A stretch of 64,000 nt of DNA from the human T2T-CHM13v2.0 reference genome, Homo sapiens. The stretch lies in assembly GCF_009914755.1 (NCBI RefSeq), contig NC_060945.1. The stretch is one strand, 5' to 3'. The notes below the pieces were generated by a model, which was not told the origin of the DNA, ran no database searches, and saw only the letters and a list, made by a program, of their open reading frames with translations. Made by a program: the position numbers and the translations under genes. This document shows, piece after piece, positions 15,834 to 29,839 of the stretch. Within the stretch, counting starts at the first letter, position 1. Every line of letters begins with the position of its first letter.

Positions 15834-16229
15834 GATATTAAAAAGAAACAACAGATGCTGGTGAGGCTGTAGAGAAATAAGAATGCTTTTACACTGTTGG
15901 TGGGGATGTAAATTAGTTCAACCATTGTGGAAGATAGCATGGTGATTCCTCAAGGATCTAGAACCAAGGATCATTTCACCCAGCAATCCCATTACTAGGT
16001 ATATACCCAAAGTAATATAAATCATTCTGTTATAAAGATACATGCTCTTGTATGTTCATTGCAGCACTATTCACAATAGCAAAGACATGGAATCAACCCA
16101 AATGTCCATCAATGACGGATTGGAAAAAGAAAATGTGGTATATATACACCATGGAATACTATGAAGCCATAAAAAGGAATGAAATCATGCCTTCTTTTTC
16201 TTTATTTCTTCTTCTAAAAAAAAACCCAG

Positions 16230-16263
<34 letters not shown>

Positions 16264-17341
16264 GAAAGTGCAGGTTTATTACACAGGTATCCGTGTGCCA
16301 TGGTGGTTTGCTGCACCTATTGACCCATCCTCTAAGTTCCCTCCCCTCAACCCCTACCCCCCAACAGGCCCTGGTATGTGTTGTTCCCCTCTCTGTGTCC
16401 ATGAGTTTTCAATGTTCAACTCCTACTTATAAATGAGAACATGTGTTGTTTGGTTTTCTGTTCCTGTGTTAGTTTCCTGATGATGATGGCTTCCAGCTTC
16501 ATCCATGTCCCTGCAAAGGACATGATCTCATTCCTTTTTATGGCTGCATAGTATTCCATGGTGTATATGTACCACATTTTCTTTATCCAGCCTATCGTTG
16601 ATGGGCATTTGGGTTGGTTCCATGTCTTTGCTATTGTAAATAGTGCTTCAGTAAACATATGTGTGCATGTGTCTTTATAGTAGAATGATTTATGTTCCTT
16701 TGGGTATATACCCAGTAATGGGATTGCTGGGTGAAATGGTATTTCTGGTTCTAGATCCTTGAGGAATCACCATACTATCTTCCACAATGGTTGAACGAAT
16801 TTACATTCCCACCAACAGTGTAAAAGCTTTCCTATTTCTCCACAGCCTTGCCAGCATCTATTGTTTCCTGATTTTTTAATAATCGCCATTCTGACTGGCA
16901 TGAGATGGTATCTCCTTGTGGTTTTGATTTCTGTTTCTCTGATGATCAGTGATGTTGAGCTTTATGCAACCAACAAACATATGAGATCATGTCTTTTGCA
17001 GGGACATGGATCGACCTGGAAGCCATTATCCTCAGCAAACTGATGCAGGAACAGAAAACCAAACACTGCGCGTTCTCACTTGTAAGTGGGACCTGAACAA
17101 TGAGAACACATGAACACAAGGAGGGGAACAACACATACTGGGTCCCGTCAGGGGGTGCGGAGGGAGGGAGAGCATCACGATAAATAGCTAATGCATGCGG
17201 GGCTTACTACCTAGGTGATGGGTTGATAGGTTCAGCAAACCACCATGGTACATGTTTACCTGTTTATCTATGTAACAAACCTGCACATCCTGCACATGTA
17301 TCTTGGAACTTAAAATAAAATAAAATTAAAAACTTTTAAAA
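15834..17341 (+). mobile_element. Host L1PA 3' fragment (ORF2 end plus 3'UTR), split into 15834-16194 and 16981-17341
   Basis: Encodes MFIAALFTIAKTWNQPKCPS and resumes at atgagatcatgtc...; TSD gagaataaagtag at 15820-15832 and 17342-17354. Confidence 0.92.
16195..16980 (-). mobile_element. Second L1PA 3' fragment inserted antisense inside the host L1, with a tiny 5' inversion
   Basis: Poly-T tail, then antisense 3'UTR and ORF2 end (MFTEALFTIAKTWNQPKCPS...); imperfect 16-bp TSD at 16179-16194 and 16981-16996. Confidence 0.92.
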
Positions 17342-18724
17342 GAGAATAAAGTAGGGAGATGAATTAAGAGGCACTAATCCAGGTGAAACAGTTTTAAGAG
17401 ATTAAATCAGCATCCTTGGTTTCCCCATCAAATAACCCATCATGCTAACCAGCCCAGACTGATATTGCTTTACATGTATACGAAAGACATCTGGTTAAAT
17501 CAAATAGCACTGCCAATCAATTTTCACCTAGAGATATGCTCAGGTATTTTCTTAGTTCTTACATTTTGTAAATAGGTGGTATGCTGAATGGACATCAAAT
17601 TCAATAACAAATTCCCATAAGAAACATCAGGACTAATTTATCCAAAAGGAACATTCAAATTAACATCAATCAGCAATAGCAAATAATGACCTACTTTATC
17701 TTGTACTGATCTTGACTAAGGAAAGAATTCATGATGCACTGCTACCTCTATTGAACTCTTGAGTATATCTCATTCCAAAGAGAATGGTGAGCAAAACATT
17801 GTTTCATTTGGGTCATGGATACATGCTGTATATTCCAGTCCACCCACCCATAGGTTACTCATGACAGGGCCTCTAGATAGAGGCAGGACAATTATATATC
17901 AAAGAAGAAAATATGAAAAGACAGATAAAATATTTGCTGATGTTTTATAAAGAAAATTCAGTGCACTTCTTTATCAGTCAAAGGTAGTATTTTCAATGTT
18001 TTTCTCTTTGTTTTGGAGCCGTACTGTCTCCTTTGTAGCTGTTCTGTCCTTCAAGAAAGGACCTGTGGTGGTATGGATTGAAAAGTTGACTCTGTCATCA
18101 CCTTACAAATGAATTCTATCTGAAGTGAAAAGTCACCAACAGTTTTACATTGATGTTGTGTTGTTCCATGTGGTATTCTGTCAAAACTACGTGCCTTCTT
18201 GAACAAAGATTTCACCTTTATTTTTAAGCACATTTCAACCAACCACAGTATCAGACACTTCCACTAGGAGGTTAATGAAAATTGGCAATATGGACAATAT
18301 TCCCACTGTAGAGAAGATTTACCATATATTTTTTAGAAGTTTACAGAAGGTACCTTGACCTAGTCTTGATCTACTCCATAAATGGGTTTAAGTGGACTTG
18401 AAAGTCCCTAAAATTATTCGCAAAGTTGTGAATCTGTTATATGATCCAGTAGCTTTTATCAGAACTTCAAAGGCATCTGTAATGGCACTTCCCCTCAAAA
18501 ATTTTTTAAAAAAACTTTAAAACAACACTGACATAGAAATATGCAAAGATGGTATTTTTAAGGGTTATTTATATTTAGGGAGAATGCTCTCCCAAATTAT
18601 AGACAGTTTGCTTGCAAAATTTAGTTCTGTTTTGATTAAAATGGACTTTTTGCTTTCACATCTTACATTTCCAGAGAAAATATTTTATTTTACCAATTAT
18701 AATGTTCCATAGTAGGATAAACCT

Positions 18725-19225
18725 TAATTTATTTCAACCACATTTATGAGCACTCACTCTACACTGGAGGATATGATGATGCCACAAAGATAAAACACCG
18801 CGTTCCTGCCCTTGAAAATCTACAGTCTATCAGGAGAGATGGAGACACAGCTGATGATCATATACAGTGAAAAAACCCAACGAAGGAAATGAATTCAAGG
18901 GCAGTTTTGTTCTCGGGATAATTGAATTCTGCCAGAAGTTATTAAGACTGGAAAGGTGAATACGTTTTTCCAGACACAGGAAGAAATCAAGAGTGTTCTG
19001 AGCACAACAAACAATAGGCATGAAAGCGTGAATGTTCAGCTTGGTGGGAGCCCAGGCTCTGAGGAAGGCTTGGCTGAAGGGAAGTCTGGACTTCGTCAGG
19101 AGGCAAAGGATCTTGTGCATGTTAGGTGATGAGGAAATATTGAAAATGGTAAGATAGAGGAAAGATATAATCTGAATTATTTTCGAAGTTTAACTGTGGT
19201 GAACGAGATGAGGACAGATTGAAAG
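18725..19225 (-). mobile_element. L2 fragment
   Basis: catttatgagcactcactct...gttcctgcccttgaaaatctacagtcta. Confidence 0.6.
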
Positions 19226-19334
19226 TATAATAGGAAGCTGCCAAAAAAAGGCAATTTTTTGAATTAATAACATAATATAGTTCTGGCCTCTTTTCTAGAA
19301 GTTATCCTACTTTTCTTTGTCTAACTTTGTCCTT

Positions 19335-19885
19335 CTAATCTGTCAGCAATTACTATTGATGCTACCTCTAAAACATATTCTGAATCTACTCATTTGTCTT
19401 TATGCCTGTGCTGTTATCTGAGGAAATGCCCCCTTTCTCTCTCTCTTGCTCCCCTGAGATAATTCCAAAGTTGTGTCTCTGCTTCTTTTCTTACCCCTCA
19501 CAATCTGTTCACCACATGGCAGCAAGTGGCCTTTTAAAATAAAATACCAATCAGATCATTCCATTCCCTTATTTAAAACTCCCATGGCTTTCTGCTATGC
19601 TTAGGAGTCACATCCAACCTCTGCATTGCGGTCTGCCGGACTCTGTGTCATCTGACCTATGTCAACTTCTTTCTGCCTACTATCTCATTTTCTACCACTC
19701 ATTCACTCAGTTATGATGCTCCAGCCACTCCAGTGTTCTTCCTGTTATTGGACCACCTCAAATTCTTTCCTGTCCTAAATCTTTGGCTAGAAATACTCTT
19801 CTCCTTCATTTCTGGGACCTTTTCAGGCTCTAGATCAAATGTCACCTTCTCAGAGAAGCCTTTGTGACCACTCAACCTAATGTAG
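19335..19885 (+). mobile_element. L2 fragment
   Basis: caaatgtcaccttctcagagaagcc, tcagatcatt...ttaaaactcc. Confidence 0.7.
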
Positions 19886-21991
19886 GCTGCCCAAACTCAT
19901 CACACCATCTTGCCTTCAGTACATTTTCTGAGCCACAGACAATAGGCGTTACTCCCCTCTGGAGTAATGATCAAAAGTAGGGAAGATTAGAGTAGATGGG
20001 CATGTGGCCCAATTCCACCAACTGGAACTGGGACTATTTCCCCATAAGAACAAAGTAAAAATTCAGAGTTTTGATAAATTTGTGGCTCAATGAATGAGCT
20101 TTTGTGAGACAGTTAGCATCCTGGCCACCAGAGATTACATAATTTCCATCAGAAAAATATGTTCTAAGGTCCAGGTTTACCATTAAGACAAATATATTCA
20201 TATGTGTATATATTTCATTTGTAGGTTAAGGGTGGCCTATACTTGCTACATTTAAACATTTCATATGCCGGGGGTTGTTTTGCATGTTGGTATTAGAGCT
20301 CGAACCATGTAGGTATATGTATTTAGATATTTGTACTTCTTATTCCTTAACTATTTTATTTCTCAAAATATATGTTTGCTCTGACATTAAATGCAATCCT
20401 ATATCATTAAAAAGTGCTTACTCTCATCTTAAATCAACTAGGCTAACCAAATTTGCTACTCTTGAATTTAATCCAACAATTTCAAACATTGTTGGATTAA
20501 ATTGCTTACATTGAATGTTTTGGCCGCTCCAATCAAAGTTGATGTTGTGGAAAGCAGGAAAATATATTTGGCCTGTATGTCTGAAATCCTAATTCTCTTT
20601 CCTCAGCAACAAACTGTACAAGACATTTAAAAACAAATTACCTTGTGGTAGAGAAATAAAGGCTTAGCCTTGCTTTAGGCAGTTTTGTTGGATTCAGATG
20701 GCTGGAAGCTGAACATGCTTGGTCATCAACCTGGAAGCCAACCACTTAGTAGTAATGTCTTGCCCTTCTCTCTCTCTGTAATTGACTTTTTAAAAAATTT
20801 TGTTAATTTAACATTTTTGTGTACACATATAAAAGATCACTTAGCAAATAACCATGTACCCATTATCAAGAATAAACTGCCATGAGCATTTTGTCACTTT
20901 GCTCCACATATTTTGTTTTTTAAGAAAATAAATGACTACAGGTAAAGACGATGTTTGTAATATTCCCCTCTACAGCCTTATTTCCAGTGCCCTTGACTGA
21001 GAAATGTCAATGTCATGCTCACTTTATAAGAGAAATGCTGAAAGGAATCCATCTGTTCTCACAGAGCATGTATTGAAGGGTGAATTTGGAGCTAAGAGGC
21101 AATAAATTGATTACTGGAATGGGAGTTGTAGAACATTCCCTCCGTCATCCCCTTTCTGATGCCCTACATGAAATCCTCAGTACCATCTTCCAATTCATTA
21201 CATCTCTCTACAGATCTAATTCTATGCAATTAAAAAGATTTCAGTGCCACATTATTTTTACTTTCAGTCTTTCTACTTCCTTTTCCTCCTCCTCTTTCTT
21301 CTCTTCCCTTTTATCCTACACTTTTTTTCATTTCTGCCTATTTTTCTTCATTGCTCTTTCAAATTTTTTTCAATGAGTTTCTACCTTTATGTCTTTAAGA
21401 ATATTAAAAAATATTATTTTGAACTAATTTTCAATGGCTCCATTGTATTATTTTATTGCAGTCATTTCATCCTCTTGGATACATGGGTGAGCTGACCTCA
21501 GCCCCATAATAGCTCAAAGGTCCAAGCAGTGAGCGTGGTTCCAGCCCTCAACCATGAGGGCCTCCCGCCTTGAGCTGAGGACTTTGGAATTTAGTTCCTG
21601 CTGCCCCTGCCGCCTTCCTTCCCCAGAGGCTTCAGCACTATCACCTTTAGATTTCTATTCCTATTTTTGGCCCATGAAGATATTTATCTCATTTTTGATC
21701 CCTGTAACTTTATAACTAAAGGATGTTATTCTTAACGTGTGTTCAGGATATTTAATAAGTAAATTTATGGCACTATGTTAAATGGAAGTTTATCTGTTTT
21801 CTGAAAGGATCCACTTATTAAATAAAGGTGTGCTGGGCTATCTGACCCCCCAAATCCCTATAGTCATTGCCTACATGTGAATCATTTTACTGTGTTAACA
21901 TTATGGATGGTTCCCATTGAATGAAGAATTATTGCTACTTATTATTTTTTAGCTTGCTGAAAGATAGTTACAGGCAGTTCCTAATTTACTG

Positions 21992-22629
<638 letters not shown>

Positions 22630-24381
22630 TTAAACCTCTTACTTGTAAAATAGAAGCTATTCCATGTTAAGATTATGACAACCATTTGAATTATTTTATA
22701 AATATGATAATTTCAAAAGTATTTAAAATAATTAACGGTTTCAAAAGAAATAATGAATGAATTCTAATGCCGAATAAGGATTTCAGGAACACATCTTTCT
22801 TCCACCTTGGTATCCTGCTATAATATTCAGAAAATCCAAATTCCAATCTTAGGTCAACCAGGTATTAGCTAAGTGACTTTGTGAACACTGTGTAAGCCTC
22901 TTTACCTCTTTAACTTTTGGGTAAAAGCTTTTTTAAGTTGTATAATAATTTCTGCTGTTACTTCACGGTTTTAGGTGTCAAAGGAAATAAGGAAGGTGCA
23001 AGCATTTAAACATTTGAGAACCCTACTTGGGAGCACATGATGTGTCCTCCAAACACTATGGTCTTGTTAATTGTCAACACCTGACTCAGAGCAGGCACAA
23101 GCTATGTTAAGCACTTATAATGAATTAGAAAATAAAGTTGACCCCAAAGGTGAAAAGGATCTGGGCCTTTTTTTCTTCCCAATATGCAAGTGTGTTCACA
23201 ACATGAGTGATCAGAAGTCAGGGGATGCTGGGCTATCCCACGTAACTCTATTCTGCACGAGAAACACATATAAAGGCATTTGGACATTTGGAACAAATTA
23301 GAGCTACAGTAAAGGCCAGAAACACTGCCAGTTTCCCTCTTGCTTTCTCCCCAGGCCAACATATTACCAAAATAAGTAGTCTCATCAATAAACTAGGGTT
23401 TGGAATTTGGAATTAACCAGGCATAATTTCTCAAGTATTATGGCCTCTTTTTTAAAGGCATGAAGTTGGGTAAAATTGATACCTTTTAATTCTGTAAAAT
23501 ATAACCCAATTTACATAACCAAATAAAGTCAAATCACTTTTAATTTTACTTACTGAGTGCTGTACAAACCTCAAAGGTTAGAAAGCCAACAAAAAAAATG
23601 CAGAATAGGCAGCTTTTTATATTTTTCCTGAATTTAGAAATTTTTCATTATATGGACAATTATTATTGAAAATATGTGTTTTTATCATCCAGTAAAAATG
23701 GCTTATGTTGGCATGAATATACTCCATTTCATTGCTACTTTTGTACATTTCTTTTATTTTGCCTGAATATGGCCAGATGAATCATATATAAAGAAAGCTC
23801 AGCTCCTCCAGAACACTGCTATTGTATAAAGAGTACTGCTGCCAAATTCAAAGCTAAATTCAGGTTTGAGGTATCAGAATCTTTTATAGGTCCCAGGAGA
23901 ATATTTTGTTCAAATAATAGTCCAGTGATTTGAGGGTGTGTGCACCTGTTGATTTTCTAGAAATATAATATTCTGCGAAGTCAGGGATAATGAAGGCTAA
24001 GCCATCATTACCTTTTTAAAAATGACAAAGGAATGAACTGTTTCATAAAAGTGTCATATAGAAATTTCAAAAATAAACTACAGAAATTCTATAAATAAAG
24101 AGTAAAGGAAAAAAATTCAGCAACACTTAAAACGAGTAAAAATCCAGAGACATCCTGGTAGAAATCTTAGTCCACAGTCAATCAAAAAGAAGCAAATATC
24201 ACTACAGAAAAACAATTTTGACAGAATAGAAATAAAAATATTCATTGTATTCCAAAAAATAACATCATTTTTGTTAATAGCTAAATATCTTTTTTTAGTT
24301 CAAAAGGTTTACCTTTTAAAGCTTTGATTTCTTTTAGAAATTCCTATTAAATACTATTTTCCAGAAATTTGTTAATGCAAC

Positions 24382-24800
24382 TGATATGATTTGGATATGT
24401 GTCCCCTCCAAATCTCGTGTTGAAATGTGATCCTTAGTGTTGGAGGTGGGCCTAGTGAGAGGTGTTTAGGTCATGGAGCAGGTCCCTCAGGAATGGCTTG
24501 GTGCCACTCTCATGGTAAGGAGGGAGTTCTTGCTCTGGTAGTTCAAGCAAGAGCTGGTTGTTTAAAGGAGACTGGCTCCTTCCTGCTCTCCCTCTTTTGC
24601 CCCTTCTCTCACCATATGATGTGCCTGCTCCTCAATTGCCTTTTGCCATGAGTGGAAGCTTCCTGAGGCCCTCGTCAGAACCGGGTGCCAGTGCTATGCT
24701 TCCTGTACAGCCTGTAGAACCATGAGCCAAAATAAATTTCTTTCCTTCATAAATTACCCTTCCTCAAGTCTTTACAGAAATGAAGGAATGAACTAACACA
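24382..24800 (+). mobile_element. MSTB MaLR solo LTR
   Basis: TG...CA termini and a perfect 5-bp TSD gcaac. Confidence 0.92.
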
Positions 24801-25189
24801 GCAACTTTGTAAAGCACTTAAAATGAGGGGAAAAGGGAAAGTCTAAGACTCAGTTCAATCTATTGGATGGTACAATTATTTATATATTTAAAGAGGAGCA
24901 ACTTCTTGATCAGAAATCAATTTGACCTACAGTTACGGGAGCTTAAGTACTGATTATATGTGGCCATCAGAGAAGAAAACATGTAAGAGATGGAGGAACA
25001 TTCAAAAAGATCTCTTATAAGCCTTTTCAACAGAGATTTCTCTGGAACAGGTGGGCTAACACTACAAAATTTTGTTGGTTTAGTATGTTTCATGCAAACA
25101 CAGTCTATTATTAGAAGCAAACAAAGGGCCACAGGTGAGATTAAAATAATTACTCAGTTTTTCCTTGTGATGACTCTTACACTGATACT

Positions 25190-25380
25190 TTATATATAGT
25201 ACTTATTAGTCACAACCATTCAGTAGATGTGTATTACCACTGTTTCCTAACATATAATGAAAGTGAGGGTCAGAGGAGGTTAGTAACTTGCCTAAGGTCA
25301 CTCAGTAAGTGGCATTTAGAGGTGGCAATTTGAATAGAAGCATGTCTAGCTCAAAGTCCATTCTATGTTTATCACATTAG
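25190..25380 (-). mobile_element. MIR
   Basis: gaaagtgagggtcagaggaggttagtaacttgcctaaggtcac. Confidence 0.75.
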
Positions 25381-26581
25381 ATAATCTTACATATGTTTCT
25401 TTTGCATCTTTTTTAGAATGATATACAGAGTTTTATGAAATAATTGCATTTCTGATAAACTGGCTATAAATTACCTTTTATAAACAGAGTCACATATTAA
25501 TATACATTGGAAGCACTCACTCATTCAACAAATGCCATGCAATGCATTTATAAAGTAATTCATGAAGAAAACAGGTAACCACAATTTTATATAAATTTCA
25601 ACTACAAATGATAACTCTTAGCTTTGCCTAAAATGGATTAAATCTGTACCAAGTGTGCTTTTGCTGGATCCAGCAGCACTCATTAGCATGGTTTGGGAAT
25701 AGGTGCCCTCTTGCAGACTTGCAGGCTAGCTGAACCAGTAGCATAGTGCATATAAATGCAGATCCTGAAAACATAGGGGAGTGCGGTTTGCAACAGCCAA
25801 GAATGATATCATCAGTCTCTATTTCATTTAATTAAAAATTATCAGCTGTACATAGTGCTATTTTTGACACAGGTCACTGTGGTTCAATGCTATTGGATTT
25901 TATCTTATTAAGCACTTAGCTGTTTGCTGGAATGATGGAGGGGCAGAGCTGTGTATTCACAGAGGTTACAGAGTTAGCCCTTAGACCTTTGGTAACATTG
26001 AATAGTTTATCCTCAAAGGCTCCTTTCTTGAAAACTTTATGTTATGGCTACCCATCCCATCTTTTCTAGTGACAATGATGAAATGTGTTGAAACATTAAT
26101 ATATATCAACGGAAATACTGACATATGTTGACATACATAAGTGTTGGTAAACAACTCTACAACTATAGTAAATAAATAAACCATTCTTCTATCAGAGACT
26201 AGGGCAAACCTAAGCTGTATGACTTTGGATATTACTGTGAAGCTTAGTTTTGCCAGACAATTTTGCTTGTATTTGTATGTTCTGAAAGCCAACTGAGTTG
26301 AGAAACTACTTACAGAATTCAATCTGCTCCAGCAGCCTGAATGATTGTTTTGCCCATAATAAAATTATTTTTTATTCATAAATATATACTTTTTAATTTT
26401 GAAGTAATCCTAAACTTAAAGAGAAAGTTGTAAGTATAATATAAATAACTATAAAAATCATTTTTGTCTGCAGCATTTTCTGCAAATGTTGCCTCCAGTT
26501 ATAGTTTTTCTTTTAATTGTTAGGATTTTGTTTTAAATTTAGCCTTAAAATGTGAGTTTATTGGGCATTTTATAATATTAA

Positions 26582-26980
26582 TTTTATTTTTTTTAATTAT
26601 ACTTTAAGTTCTGGGATACATGTGCAGAACGTGCAGGTTTGTTACATATGTATACACGTGCCATGGTGGTTTGCTGCACCCATCAACCTGTCATCTAAAT
26701 GAGGTATTTCTCTTAATGTTATCCCTCCCCTATCCCCCAACCCCTCGACAGGCCCCGGTGTGTGATGTTCCCCTCCCTGTGCCCATGTGTTCTCATTGTT
26801 CAACTCCCACTTATGAGTGAGAACAGGCAGTGTTTGGTTTTCTGTTCTTGTGTTATTTTGCTGAGAATGATGGTTTCCAGCTTCATCCATGTGCCTGCAA
26901 AGGACATGAACTCATCCTTTTTTGTGGCCACATAGTATTCCATGGTGTATATGTGCCACATTTTCTTTATCCAGTCTATC
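26582..26980 (-). mobile_element. L1PA 3' end, antisense
   Basis: ttattatactttaagttctgggatacatgtgcagaacgtgcagg...ttctttatccagtctatca. Confidence 0.93.
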
Positions 26981-29208
26981 AGAGAAATTCATTGACAAGT
27001 TTGCCAAGGTCATCACTGATAAAAATGTGACACTAGGACAAGTCTATAATGATGATGCAATGTGACTGTTTTAGTGTTAGTGGCCCAGAAAGACACTGAC
27101 TACAGCCAATCAGACAGCTCCTACAGGAATTAAGAATGCCAAAGAGAGAATAACTGTGCTGAGAGGTGCTAATGCAGCAGGCACGCATAAGTGTAAACTT
27201 GCTGTAATAGTCAAAAGCTTGCATCCTCCTTGTTTTCAAGGAGTAATTTTTTTAACCAGTCCATTATTACGCTAATAAAAAGACATGGATCACCAGGGAC
27301 ACCTCGTCGGATTGGTTTCACAAACATTTTGCATCAGTGGCTCATGCTCACCACAGGGAAGCTGGATTGGATGGATGACTATTGCAAGATTGTGTTATTC
27401 CTTGACAACCGTTCTTCTCATCCCGCGGCTGAAATTCCCATAAAAATAATGTCTATGTCATGTACTTTCCCCTAAATATGACTTATATGGTTTGGCTCTG
27501 TGTCCCCACCCAAATCTCATGTCAAACTATAATCCCCACGTGTTGAAGGAGAATCCTGGTGGGAGGGGATTGAATCCCTGGACTTCCTCCTTGCTGTTAT
27601 CATGATAGAGTTTTCACGAGATCTGGTTGTTTAAAAGTGCAGCATTTTTCCCTTCATTTTCTCTCTCCTGCTCCAACATGGGGAGTCATGCTTGCTTCTC
27701 CTTCACTTTCCACTATGACTGGAAGTTTCCTGAGGCCTCCCCAGCTGTGGAACTAACTCTTCCTGTACAGCCTGTGGAACTCTTGAGTCAATGAAACCTC
27801 TTTTCTTCATAAATTACCCAGTCTCAGGTAGTTCTTTATAGCAGTGTGAGAACGGGCTATGACAATGACTTTATTAACTCAGTCATGTGGCCAGGGTATC
27901 CTTAGATCGATAAAGAGTAAATATAAAAACATTTTCTTGAACAGCGTGCTAGCCAGCAGTGAACAGAGGTGTGAATGTGGAAAGTTTTCAAACCTTTAAG
28001 GTTTGAAAAAAGTTCAGCATGAAGAATGCCATACATACTGTTGCCAATGCTTGAAACATAGTGATTAAAGTCAAAGTTGTGCATGCCTGACACAACCTCT
28101 GGCCTGCAACTAAGTTCAGTGATGATGATGAACAAGGTGGTGACTTTGAAGGATTCTGTAATTTGAAGGATTATGTAAAGCGAGAAAAAAAGAATGTCTG
28201 ATTTCCTTACATATGCAAAAAATATATCTTCAGAGTTCATTAGTAAGCTGGAAGAGGTGAATATCGAAGACATTTTTAATATCAATAATGAGGCTCTAGT
28301 TCATTCACTGATGATGAAATAGCTGAAATGGTTCTGAATCAAGGTGATCATGAAAACAGTAACAATGAAGATGATGTCAACACTGCAGAAAAGGTGCCTA
28401 TAGACAACATGGTGAAAATGTGTGATGGGCTTATTGAAGGACTAAAGCAGCATGCATTTGTAACAGGACAGGAAATCATGTCAGTTTATAAAGTCAGTGA
28501 GAGGCTTCTAAGACAAAAGCTATTGTTAAGGAGGCAGATGACTCTGGAGGAAACATTTTAAAAAGCCATCCAGCAGAATGCTCTTATCCCTAGAGGACCC
28601 GTTTCCTGGTCCCTCCACTGCTTCTGACATTTCTTCTCACCTAAAAAAATAAAATACAGTGTATAGAAACCTTTTAATTAAAACACAGCATAGTAGGTGG
28701 AAATGGAAAGGCTGCCATTGTTTGTTCCTGCTGTTGTTTAGCAGCTGATACAGGTATTCTGTTACTGTGCTGCTTAGCTACTCTGAACATGTTAATTTTT
28801 CACTGTATTAATGGTTTTCCATATTTTCAACTAAGTACTTATGTACGAATAAGTGTAAGAAAATGCTTGTTTATTGGTGGCACATAAATTCAGAGTCAGA
28901 AATGATGGTGATGCCAAACAACCACAGATTTTCCATGTGGGTGGCTAAGATAGTGACACCTTTGCTTTCTGATGGTTCAATGTACACAAACTGTTTCATG
29001 CACAAAATTATTAAAAAATGTCGTATAAAATTATCTTTATGTTATGTTTATAAGGTATGTATAAAACATAAACAAATTTTGTGTTTAGACTTGGGTTCTA
29101 TACCCAAGGTATCTTATTATGTATATGCAAATATTCCAAAATCCAAAAAATTCTTAAGTCTGAAATACTTCTGGTCCCATGCATTTTGGATAAGGGATAC
29201 TCAACCCG
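26981..29208 (+). mobile_element. Tigger4 (Zombi)-like TcMar DNA transposon fossil, left part missing, interrupted by an MST LTR
   Basis: Decayed pogo/Jerky-type DDE motifs (GQVYNDD, WPRKTLTTA, KIVLFLDNRSSHP); right end gaaatacttctggtccca.gcattttggataagggatactcaacc.g. Confidence 0.85.
27484..27864 (+). mobile_element. MSTA/B solo LTR nested in Tigger4
   Basis: atatggtttggctctgtgtccccacccaaatctcatg...tctttatagcagtgtgagaa; atgact flanks both sides. Confidence 0.9.
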
Positions 29209-29382
29209 GAATCTCATGAGCCAATTCCCATAATGGTAAATATATTTATTTATTATAAGAAATATGTATTGTAGTAAATATTATTTACTATTTACTATAG
29301 TAAATACATATTTTTACTGTTTACTAATTTATACATATATATTATATGCATAGTATATTTATAAATACTTATAAATATTTAT

Positions 29383-29839
29383 ATATATTTACTATTACAG
29401 GAATTGGCTTACGGAATTATGAGGACTGATAATTATGAGGGCTCACAATATGTCATTTGCAAGCTGCAGAACCAGGAAAGCTGGTGACTTAATACGGTCT
29501 AAGTCTGAAGGCCTGAGAACCAGGGGTCTGTGGTATAAGTTCTGGAGCTCAAAGATCTGAGAACAAAGAACACTGAAGTCCAAGGGCAGAAGAAGATGAA
29601 TGTCCCAGCTCAGATAGGGCAAATTCACCCCTCCTCTGCCTTTTTGTTCTAGCTGTGCTGTCAGTTGATTGGAGGATGTCCACTCACATTGGTGAGGGTG
29701 ATCTTCTTCCCCCAGTCCACGAATTCAAATGCTAATCTCTTCCAGAAACACCCTCACAGTCACACCCAGAAATAATGTTTACCAGCTATGTGAGTATCCC
29801 TTAGCCCAGTCAAGTTGACACATAAAATTCACCATCACA
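29383..29839 (-). mobile_element. MLT2-family ERVL LTR, 3' end lost or rearranged
   Basis: ggaattggctta...aagtctgaaggcctgagaaccagg...cagtcaagttgacacataaaattcaccatcaca. Confidence 0.88.

Noticed and set aside
16052-17134. Paired ORFs MFIAALFTIAKTW / MFTEALFTIAKTW as duplicated genes
   Set aside because: These are C-terminal L1 ORF2 remnants.
27230-29219. Jerky/TIGD-like ORFs
   Set aside because: Tigger4 remnant, 5'-truncated, split by an LTR and full of stops.
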